Shown: piece after piece, positions 1-6,709 of the stretch
Layout: the number at the start of each line of letters is the position of its first letter
How positions within the stretch are numbered: position 1 is the stretch's first letter
Source of the DNA: an uncultured Gammaproteobacteria bacterium
Lineage (GTDB): Bacteria > Patescibacteriota > Patescibacteriia > Patescibacteriales > GWC2-42-12
Direction of reading: 5' to 3'
Length of the DNA stretch: 64,000 nucleotides
Assembly (NCBI GenBank): GCA_964560005.1
Contig: CAZLKB010000001.1
Location: forward strand, 77,079-141,078
The notes under the pieces: model-generated
Seen by the model: the letters and a program-made list of their open reading frames with translations, nothing else
Told to the model about the DNA's origin: nothing
Database searches by the model: none
Made by a program: the position numbers and the translations under genes

Positions 1-489
1 TTTAATTTTCGCGTCCGCGTATTTATTCGGATCTTTATCGTAGACATAATCAATATTGGAAAGATTGATGATGGTCTTAACGCCGTATTCCTGCGCCATC
101 ATGGTGGCAACATAGTCGGTTGACCGGCCGGGTTTCCAGCCCGAAGCCACAATAATATTCTTTTCGCTATACAGCCTGAAAGTGGGATTTTTAATAATCT
201 CTAAATTGGCCTGATCCCGAAAAATCGTACGAAGCAACTGGGCATTTAGCCTGGTAGCGTGGATACCCAGCCAGTCTAAGTCGTCTTTTTCAATTTTTAC
301 CACCCGGGAAGCCGCCGCCACATAATTTCTGGCCGTAATGCCGCCGCCGGCAATTAGAAAAAACTTACACCCCTGTTTAATCTTATCTAAAATTAAAGCG
401 CGGAATTTCTGTAAAAAATGCCAATCCACGCCTTCTGGCGGTACAATCAGCGACCCGCCGATGGAAATGATGTAAGTTTTATTTTTCAT
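1..489 (-). CDS. pyrH: UMP kinase, archaeal-type (N-terminal 163 codons; 3' end beyond window edge)
   Basis: Absent from ORF track because edge-truncated. Reverse translation from ATG (rc of 487-489) reads MKNKTYIISIGGSLIVPPEG..FFLIAGGGITARNY..ASGWKPGRSTDYVATMMA, matching amino-acid-kinase/PyrH motifs. Confidence 0.8.
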   Translation of the reverse strand, partial: MKNKTYIISIGGSLIVPPEGVDWHFLQKFRALILDKIKQGCKFFLIAGGGITARNYVAAASRVVKIEKDDLDWLGIHATRLNAQLLRTIFRDQANLEIIKNPTFRLYSEKNIIVASGWKPGRSTDYVATMMAQEYGVKTIINLSNIDYVYDKDPNKYADAKIK

Positions 490-496
490 ATTTTCT

Positions 497-567
497 ATTG
501 TCATTCCCGCGGAGGCACCCCGTTTTCTTTTTCTGCGCCGAGGTCTGCACCGAGGAGCAATCCAGAA
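497..567 (-). repeat. GC-rich hairpin repeat, long form, ending in GGGAATGACAAT
   Basis: The rc reads ..TTCTGGATTGCTCC..CCGCGGGAATGACAAT. GACAAT lies exactly 7 nt upstream of the pyrH ATG. Related copies are listed below. Confidence 0.6.
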
Positions 568-698
568 ACATTTTTAAATCATCTTCTATCTCTATTTTAT
601 CATTTACTGATTATTTTGTAAAAACTTATTTTGCCCTCCTTCCAAAGCCCGCCCGCCGGCAGAGGCAGGGAGGGTTTGGGATGTTATATTAATTAGAA

Positions 699-734
699 TA
701 AAAAAAGCGGCCCTGTCTTTTGACTTAAGCCGCT
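699..734 (-). terminator. Rho-independent terminator after dapB
   Basis: The rc reads AGCGGCTTAAGTC..GACAGGGCCGCT followed by a T-run. It starts 10 nt after the dapB stop. Confidence 0.6.
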
Positions 735-744
735 TGAATGATTA

Positions 745-1521
745 TTATTCAAGCCTGAGCACATCCTCCATGGAATACAAGCCTGGGGCTTCTCCAACTA
801 CCCACTTGACAGCGAGCAAAGCGCCGTTGGCGAATGTCTCGCGGCTCGATGCTTTGTGGGTAAGCTCTACCCGTTCGCCGTCTCCGGCGAAAATAACCGT
901 GTGATCGCCCACCACATCGCCCCCACGGACAGAGTGTATTCCAATTTCATTGCAATCACGCATGGTCGTATTACCCTCGCGGCCGGGGGTGGTATGAACC
1001 TTCAATCCTCGCTGTCGAGGGTAAACAGTGCTTCCGGAAAATTGCTGATTGCGAATCATGGAGAGGATTTGGGCCAACCTATTCGCCGTCCCGCTGGGTG
1101 CGTCCTTCTTAAGTCGATGGTGCATCTCAATAATTTCCAGGTCAAAACCCGGGCCAAGTAACTTCGCTGCCTGTCGCACCAAATAGAACAGCGTATTGAC
1201 GCCGACGGAAAAGTTCGAAGCCAACACGATCGGTATAGATTTGGCGTAATTATGAAATTCTGTTCGATCCTGAAGCGGCGGATTATGGCCAGTGGTGCCG
1301 ATAACCATGGCCTTGCCGGCGCCAGCGCACCATTCGACCAAACCAAGCGTTGCCCTAGGGGAGCTGAAGTCCACCACCACATCGGCCTGTCCGAGAACTG
1401 CCTCGATACTGTCTCCAATGTCAACTTGGCCAACTACTGTAATGTTCGGGTGATTAGGAACGCAATTAAGCAGTGCTCGTCCCATTCGTCCTTTGTATCC
1501 GGTTATAATTATTTTTGTCAT
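745..1521 (-). CDS. dapB: 4-hydroxy-tetrahydrodipicolinate reductase
   Basis: 258 aa. N-terminal Rossmann GYKGRMG and the DapB signature EIIEMHHRLKKDAPSGTA. ATG start confirmed. Confidence 0.9.
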   Translation of the reverse strand: MTKIIITGYKGRMGRALLNCVPNHPNITVVGQVDIGDSIEAVLGQADVVVDFSSPRATLGLVEWCAGAGKAMVIGTTGHNPPLQDRTEFHNYAKSIPIVLASNFSVGVNTLFYLVRQAAKLLGPGFDLEIIEMHHRLKKDAPSGTANRLAQILSMIRNQQFSGSTVYPRQRGLKVHTTPGREGNTTMRDCNEIGIHSVRGGDVVGDHTVIFAGDGERVELTHKASSRETFANGALLAVKWVVGEAPGLYSMEDVLRLE

Positions 1522-1547
1522 GACTAAGCTTTCGTTTTTGTTTGTTG

Positions 1548-1629
1548 TTTAAAGGGCATTTGCCGAGCCACAAGGCCTGGCACCCTCTTTTACTAAGCCT
1601 AAATTACCTTAAATTAAGGAAAAAAGCAA
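1548..1629 (-). promoter_or_regulatory. Duplicated promoter plus structured leader cassette, copy 1 (upstream of dapB)
   Basis: About 80 nt, nearly identical to 3449-3531. On the minus strand: TTGCTT (rc 1624-1629), 17 nt, TAATTT (rc 1601-1606), then hairpin GCCAGGCC-UUGU-GGCUCGGC. Confidence 0.45.
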
Positions 1630-1630
1630 T

Positions 1631-1745
1631 ACCAACAAATTTAACAAATTTGCTACAAATATTAAGAATAAAATAACAACTTTTTAGAAAGATAAAAAAA
1701 TATAAATTATTTGTATTATTTGTAGTCGATTTGTTGATTTGTGGA
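1631..1745. repeat. Long low-complexity inverted repeat (ACAAAT/ATTTGT theme)
   Basis: Left arm CCAACAAATTTAACAAATTTGCTACAAAT pairs with right arm ATTTGTAGTCGATTTGTTGATTTGTGG. Same theme as 6571-6690 and 24930-25025. Confidence 0.6.
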
Positions 1746-1749
1746 TGTA

Positions 1750-1786
1750 TAAAAAAAGCGGCCTAAGTCCAAAGACTTTAGCCGCT
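1750..1786 (-). terminator. Rho-independent terminator after the PRTase-like gene
   Basis: The rc reads AGCGGCTAAAGTC-TTTG-GACTTAGGCCGCT plus a T-run. Flanks are near-identical to the 699-734 terminator. Confidence 0.6.
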
Positions 1787-1831
1787 TGAGTATTTATTAT
1801 TCAGCCCGCTTGCTGGCGAGCCAGAATCTCC

Positions 1832-2668
1832 TTATTGCCCGCGCTGGTGGGCTAATTGTTCCTGCCAGAGCTGGCGAAAGTTGGGCTTACCGCCGATAGC
1901 TTCTGAACCCGCCCGGCAGTAAGGGCAAGTTTCCGCACCCGGCGGGTAGCTCGGAACATCGAACTTAAATAAGGCGCGAATCGGCGTGCCGCCGCTTAGC
2001 GCCCCGCTCTGACACCGGTCAACCATGAAGACCGCGTATGGCAGAAATTCAACATACTCCTCGTTCATTTTCACCACCGTCTGCTTAGTCTCAAAGGCGC
2101 TGCCGTCCGGAGTGGTGATCAGTTCGTTGGCCAGCAAAACCCTTGAACTATTCGGAATTTGGAACCGCCAAGCGCTAAGCTTGCCATCTTCCCCCTTTTC
2201 GACGAATCCGGCTCGCGCCCGAAGCTGACGGGCGATTTCGCTCCCCAAGGGGATGCCGGCTAAGGCTGCGGTCACCACCCAGTCAACCTGGCTAACCCAA
2301 CCCCGGCCATCAATGCAGTAATTAATCATCTGCGCCGCCAAAATCTCGCAGATATTAGTCTCGGCGAGAATTAATGAGCAGTTGATATAGATACCGCTGT
2401 GCAAGCCTGACCGCAGCTTCATATGAGGTGCGGTAGCACGAGGCTCGCCCAAGTACTCCCAGTAGCCGCCGGTTAAACCGGCGATATGGGCGAACTCGTT
2501 GCGAGTCATCCGACGGTCAGTGAAATGCACTGGCCTTAACTGTCTGATCCCGTGTAGACCAAAACTTAGAACTTCCTGCTCCATCACCTGTTTTGGAATT
2601 TCCCTAATTATCGCCGGCCCGCCAGGTTCAATTATCGGCGGCAAATTTATTTTGACTGTTTCTTTCAT
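1832..2668 (-). CDS. Phosphoribosyltransferase-fold protein (divergent PyrE-like?)
   Basis: 278 aa. PRPP-loop-like VLLANELITTPDGSAF. Lies immediately downstream of pyrF on the same strand. Confidence 0.5.
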   Translation of the reverse strand: MKETVKINLPPIIEPGGPAIIREIPKQVMEQEVLSFGLHGIRQLRPVHFTDRRMTRNEFAHIAGLTGGYWEYLGEPRATAPHMKLRSGLHSGIYINCSLILAETNICEILAAQMINYCIDGRGWVSQVDWVVTAALAGIPLGSEIARQLRARAGFVEKGEDGKLSAWRFQIPNSSRVLLANELITTPDGSAFETKQTVVKMNEEYVEFLPYAVFMVDRCQSGALSGGTPIRALFKFDVPSYPPGAETCPYCRAGSEAIGGKPNFRQLWQEQLAHQRGQ

Positions 2669-2707
2669 TGTTTTTTTTCTTTTCTTTGTAATGTTTCCAA
2701 TACTCCT

Positions 2708-3412
2708 TTAGTTCAGCGACGCGAGAATCTTCTCGGCCGCGGCTCGAGGATCCGGGTCTTCAGTGATCGGTCGGCCGATGACCAGCCAATTGGCGCCGTC
2801 CTGAATCGCCTGTTTCGGCGTGCCCGTTCGCTTCTGGTCTTGCGCCTCCGCTCCGGGCATTCGGATGCCCGGCGTTACCAATTGAATTTGAGCAGGCACT
2901 ATCTTCCGAACTGCCGCCACCTCTCTTGGCGAGCAAATCAAGCCGTCCAGTCCGGCAATAATAGCCAGTTTAGCGAGCCGTTCCACCTGTCCAAGGGGGT
3001 TATTGAAACCGATCGACTCCACTGCTTTGTGATCGAGGCTGGTGAGCATAGTAACGCCCAACACTAGGGGTGGAGGCTTCTCCATCCCCAAGGCTGTGGA
3101 TTGCGCTGCCTGTTTGGCGGCACTCATCATTTCTAGCCCGCCGCTGGCGTGCACGTTGAGCATACCGACGAAGAGCCTGGTCGCGGCTGCTACCGCTTTG
3201 GCCACTGTGTTCGGAATGTCGTGGAACTTCAGGTCCAAAAACAATAGACCCGCACCACCGGTCGCAACGCGAACCACCAAATTCGGTCCAGCGCTGGTAA
3301 ACAGTTCGCTACCGATCTTAAAACCACCCACCACCCCCTTGAGTTTTTCCACTAAGCTCAAGGCCTGTTCTGCTGTAGGCACATCAAGCGCCACTATAAT
3401 TGGATTTTTCAT
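2708..3412 (-). CDS. pyrF: Orotidine 5'-phosphate decarboxylase
   Basis: Motifs MKNPIIVALDV, LDLKFHDIPNTV and LVIGRPI. Start moved to the ATG at 3412 (aa 22 of the track ORF). Confidence 0.9.
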   Translation of the reverse strand: MKNPIIVALDVPTAEQALSLVEKLKGVVGGFKIGSELFTSAGPNLVVRVATGGAGLLFLDLKFHDIPNTVAKAVAAATRLFVGMLNVHASGGLEMMSAAKQAAQSTALGMEKPPPLVLGVTMLTSLDHKAVESIGFNNPLGQVERLAKLAIIAGLDGLICSPREVAAVRKIVPAQIQLVTPGIRMPGAEAQDQKRTGTPKQAIQDGANWLVIGRPITEDPDPRAAAEKILASLN

Positions 3413-3448
3413 AATCTTGCCTTTTCTTTCTGTTTCTGTGTTTTTTGT

Positions 3449-3531
3449 TTTAAAAGGGCATTTGCCGAGCCACAAGGCCCGGCACCCTCTTTTACTAAGC
3501 CTAAGTTACCTTAAATTAAGGAAAAATGCAA
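3449..3531 (-). promoter_or_regulatory. Duplicated promoter plus structured leader cassette, copy 2 (upstream of pyrF)
   Basis: On the minus strand: TTGCAT (rc 3526-3531), 17 nt, TAACTT (rc 3503-3508). The leader hairpin carries an A-to-G change that repairs the A.C mismatch seen in copy 1. Confidence 0.45.
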
Positions 3532-3540
3532 GGCACTAAT

Positions 3541-3622
3541 CTCGCAACTCATAGCTTATAACTCGTAGCTCAAGATGCAGAATTAAAGAAGTTATGAGCT
3601 ATGAGTTGCGAGTTACGAGCTA
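3541..3622. repeat. Long low-complexity inverted repeat (GAGCTA/CGAGTT theme)
   Basis: CTCGCAACTCATAGCTTATAAC pairs with GTTATGAGCTATGAGTTGCGAG. A second short pair, TAGCTC/GAGCTA, is interleaved with it. Confidence 0.55.
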
Positions 3623-3702
3623 CCAGACCTTGGCTGGACAAAAATAAAATTACATGATATACAATAAGGTTGGTTTGCTCTTTCTATTTGTAAATAAATT
3701 AG

Positions 3703-3763
3703 CAATCATTGCGGTTTTTAGCCTGCCCGCCGAGGAGGCGGGGTCTGTAAACTGCAATGATTG
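3703..3763 (+). repeat. GC-rich hairpin repeat variant (..GCAATGATTG)
   Basis: CAATCATTGCGG..CCTGCCCGCC-GAGGA-GGCGGGG..CTGCAATGATTG. It lies 50 nt upstream of the 3813 ATG. Confidence 0.45.
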
Positions 3764-3812
3764 TTGCAGACATAAATAAACAAACAAAAACACAGAAACT
3801 GAAAGGATAATA

Positions 3813-5438
3813 ATGAAACTAAAGAAAAAACCAGTACAGTTGATCGCCTCCGGTGATCTTCGCTTATCAGCCAACCAGGTCTGCTGGCCGGCTCAAAAAG
3901 CCATGGAAACGGCGCTCTGCATCGCCGTCAGAGACGAGGGCTATCAGGTATTCCGCGCTCATTCCTACGACTCGAAAACCCAGCACGGCTTCATCGCCTC
4001 GCAAAAGCAGGGCATGGAGGTCTTTAAAACGATTGACCCGACCGCGCCGCTCATCGTGGCCGAGGCCGTCTGGCAGTATTCTCACCACGTTCTGGCCGGC
4101 TTGACTACGCACCGTGGCCCGGTCCTCTTGGTCGCCAATTGGTCCGGAATGTGGCCCGGACTAGTCGGTATACTAAATCTGGCCGGCTCGCTTACCAAGG
4201 CCGACGTGAAATATTCCATGCTCTGGAGCGAAGACTTCCAGGACGATTATTTCAAAACCAGGCTCCGGCGCTGGCTCCGGACCGGCCGATGCACGCACGA
4301 CACTAGCCATGTTAGAGAACTGGCTAAGGTCAAACTTTACGCGAAAGCGCAACGGCTTGGCCGCAAGCTCGCCACCGATCTACTGCGTGACAAAGCCATT
4401 ATGGGCGTGTTTGATGAAGGCTGTATGGGCATGTTTAATGCCATCATCCCTGACCATCTGCTCCATGCCGTCGGCGTCTTCAAGGAGCACCTGTCGCAAT
4501 CGGCACTCTACGCCGAGATGCTAACTGTGCACGAAACTGATGCTCAGCATGTCTATGACTGGCTGCTAGCTAAAGGCATGAAGTTCCACACCGGCAGCGA
4601 CCAAGCCACCGAACTGACTGATAGCCAAATCCGTGGTCAGTGCGCCATGTATATCGCCGCAGTCCGCCTTGCCGATGATTTCGGCTGCGCCTGCATCGGC
4701 ATCCAATACCAGCAAGGCCTAAAAGACCTCTGCCCTGCCAGCGACCTGGCCGAAGGCATGCTTAATAACAGCGACCGTCCGCCGGTTAAATCACGCGACG
4801 GCAGTCGGATCCTGTTTGACGGCCAGCCGGTCGTGCACTTTAACGAAGTTGACGAGTGCGCCGGCCTGGACGGTCTCCTGATACAACGCGTACACCTAGC
4901 ACTCGATCAGCCGGTGGAAAACACCCTGCACGATCTGCGCTGGGGTGATACCGACAGATCCGGTGTTACGGGAGGAGCGTACATCTGGGTTTTTGAAATC
5001 AGCGGTTCGGCTCCGCCCGCGCACTTCATCAACGGCTGGGCCGGCGCCGAAGGTTTTCGCCAGCCGCCCATGTATTTCCCTAAAGGCGGCAGCACCTTGC
5101 GCGGCATCTCTAAACCCGGTGCAATCATCTGGTCGCGAATCTTCATCAAAGACGATGCCCTGCAAATGGACATCGGCCGCGGCGAAGTCGCCGAATTACC
5201 GCCCGGAGAAACCGAGCGCCGATGGAATGCCACCACTAAGGAGTGGCCCATCATGCATGCCGTCCTATATGGCATTACCCGTGATCAAATGATGGCCAGA
5301 CACAAGGCCAACCATATCCAAGTGGTCTATGCCACTGACGAAAATAGCGCCGACCAGTGCCTGGCGGTTAAGGCGGCCATGGCGGCCAAGCTGGGAATCA
5401 AAGTTCACGTCTGCGGAACCTTTCCCACGGTCGCATAA
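3813..5438 (+). CDS. L-fucose isomerase family protein
   Basis: 541 aa. The C-terminal half resembles FucI by eye ([40 protein letters not shown]). SD AAAGGA upstream. Leucines are mostly CTG/CTC. Confidence 0.6.
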   Translation: MKLKKKPVQLIASGDLRLSANQVCWPAQKAMETALCIAVRDEGYQVFRAHSYDSKTQHGFIASQKQGMEVFKTIDPTAPLIVAEAVWQYSHHVLAGLTTHRGPVLLVANWSGMWPGLVGILNLAGSLTKADVKYSMLWSEDFQDDYFKTRLRRWLRTGRCTHDTSHVRELAKVKLYAKAQRLGRKLATDLLRDKAIMGVFDEGCMGMFNAIIPDHLLHAVGVFKEHLSQSALYAEMLTVHETDAQHVYDWLLAKGMKFHTGSDQATELTDSQIRGQCAMYIAAVRLADDFGCACIGIQYQQGLKDLCPASDLAEGMLNNSDRPPVKSRDGSRILFDGQPVVHFNEVDECAGLDGLLIQRVHLALDQPVENTLHDLRWGDTDRSGVTGGAYIWVFEISGSAPPAHFINGWAGAEGFRQPPMYFPKGGSTLRGISKPGAIIWSRIFIKDDALQMDIGRGEVAELPPGETERRWNATTKEWPIMHAVLYGITRDQMMARHKANHIQVVYATDENSADQCLAVKAAMAAKLGIKVHVCGTFPTVA

Positions 5439-5463
5439 AGTCAAAAAGAAAAAATCACAACCA

Positions 5464-5508
5464 AACACCGGTCCGAGAAGTTAAATTCTCGCCCGGTGTT
5501 CTTTTTTT
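5464..5508 (+). terminator. Rho-independent terminator
   Basis: AACACCGG..CCGGTGTT followed by T7. Confidence 0.6.
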
Positions 5509-5610
5509 ACATAAAAATCCCGAAAATAATTCGGAACTTTTAAATTGACGGCGAAGAATTAAAATAATAAAATATTAATAACAACAAAACCTCAAAAAAC
5601 GGAGGACAAA

Positions 5611-5838
5611 ATGGACCGCTTATTTCAACCGCCGTTGCCTTCTGCCGGTAAGGCAGAAGAGGCTAAATTCGGATTAGCCATAGGTGATTGGGTGCTGATC
5701 CGGGGAGATGGCCCCTTTAAAGGAGGGCACGGGTTTGTGCGCGCCTTCGCCGGTATGGCTGTCGGCGTCGACATCTACGATCAAAATTCTAAAGCCTGTG
5801 GTCTTTTATTTGACTCGGGCGATGTGCAAAAGGCCTGA
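5611..5838 (+). CDS. Hypothetical small protein
   Basis: 75 aa. GGAGGA SD 6 nt upstream and its own terminator downstream. Confidence 0.5.
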   Translation: MDRLFQPPLPSAGKAEEAKFGLAIGDWVLIRGDGPFKGGHGFVRAFAGMAVGVDIYDQNSKACGLLFDSGDVQKA

Positions 5839-5851
5839 TCAAGGCCGCCTC

Positions 5852-5894
5852 AGACCGAACGCGTTTAACTCAATAACGCGGATCGGTCTTTTAT
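5852..5894 (+). terminator. Rho-independent terminator
   Basis: AGACCGAACGCG..CGCGGATCGGTCT followed by TTTTATT. Confidence 0.5.
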
Positions 5895-5917
5895 TAATGT
5901 CGGGAGCTCAATAAAAA

Positions 5918-5968
5918 CTGTGCAGACAGAGACCCCGCGATGAACGCGGAGCAAGGATTGCTCCACCA
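5918..5968 (-). pseudogene. tRNA-Leu 3'-half-like fragment
   Basis: The rc reads GTGGAGCAATCC..CCGCGTTCATCGCGG..TGTCTGCACA. It shares GTGGAGCAATCC and GTCTGCACA with the adjacent tRNA-Leu(TAG). Confidence 0.35.
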
Positions 5969-5986
5969 TGTCTTTACAAAATTTTG

Positions 5987-6068
5987 TGCAGACGGAGAGA
6001 TTTGAACTCTCATGGATTGCTCCACTAGCTCCTAAGGCTAGCGCGTATACCAGTTCCGCCACGTCTGC
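5987..6068 (-). tRNA. tRNA-Leu(TAG)
   Basis: Manual cloverleaf: acceptor GCAGACG/CGTCTGC, anticodon loop CTTAGGA, 13-nt variable arm, T-arm GAGAG-TTCAAAT-CTCTC. No encoded CCA. Confidence 0.85.
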
Positions 6069-6155
6069 GTATTTTTTATCTTCAATTATTCTCTGCTTTT
6101 TGTCAATCATCCCGTTATTCCCATTATACCAAAAATTATGCTATTATAATAACAT

Positions 6156-6239
6156 AATGCGAATACTACAAAAAATATCCAAATACTACAAAAAGTAATT
6201 TATTCGTAGTATTCGCATATCATTTGTAGTATTTGGATT
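6156..6239. repeat. Four-box TACTACAAA module
   Basis: Two direct boxes (GCGAATACTACAAA, TCCAAATACTACAAA) are followed by two inverted boxes in the same order. It ends 9 nt before the ATG at 6248. Confidence 0.6.
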
Positions 6240-6247
6240 ATAACTTT

Positions 6248-6568
6248 ATGACTGATGACAAAACAATCTCTCAAACAGGCGCCGATCCGGATATTGAGGA
6301 AAATAAAACCGTTGCCGCCTTATCCTACATCTGGATCCTGTTTTTACTCCCATTAATCCTAAAAAGGGACTCAAAATTCTGCCAATTTCACGCCAAACAG
6401 GGTTTAATTCTCTTTATTCTTAGTTTTATCGCCTGGTTTCCTGTAATCGGCTGGTTAATCGGTTTAGCGATCTTGGTCGTCTCGGTAATTGGCATTATTA
6501 AAGCCTTGTCCGGAGAGCGATGGGAAATCCCTTTTATTTACGATTTGAGCAAAAAAATTAATTTATAA
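6248..6568 (+). CDS. Small membrane protein (DUF4870-like)
   Basis: AALSYIWILFLLPLIL..FHAKQGLILF pattern. Start moved from TTG (6233) to the ATG at 6248. Confidence 0.55.
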   Translation: MTDDKTISQTGADPDIEENKTVAALSYIWILFLLPLILKRDSKFCQFHAKQGLILFILSFIAWFPVIGWLIGLAILVVSVIGIIKALSGERWEIPFIYDLSKKINL

Positions 6569-6570
6569 AC

Positions 6571-6690
6571 CCCACAAATCAACAAATCAGCTACAAATAT
6601 TACAAATTTAATTTGCAGCATTAGTGTTTATTTACCGTATTTGCGTTTTATTTATTTGTATTATTAGTAGCCAATTCGTAGATTTGTGGG
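6571..6690. repeat. Long low-complexity inverted repeat (ACAAAT theme)
   Basis: CCCACAAATCAACAAATCAGCTACAAATATTACAAAT pairs with ATTTGTATTATTAGTAGCCAATTCGTAGATTTGTGGG. Confidence 0.6.
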
Positions 6691-6709
6691 ATATTAATAT
6701 TTTAAACTT

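Noticed and set aside
745-5838. The codon-distinct GC3-rich block might be an assembly chimera from another organism.
   Set aside because: Its intergenic regions carry the same ACAAAT-theme hairpin (1631-1745), the GAGCTA-theme hairpin (3541-3622) and the GC-hairpin repeat (3703-3763) found across the window. Read-level validation is still advisable.
5865-6198. Track ORFs 5865-6110 (minus) and 5968-6198 (plus).
   Set aside because: They overlap tRNA-Leu(TAG) and the TACTACAAA repeat module, and they have no coding signal.
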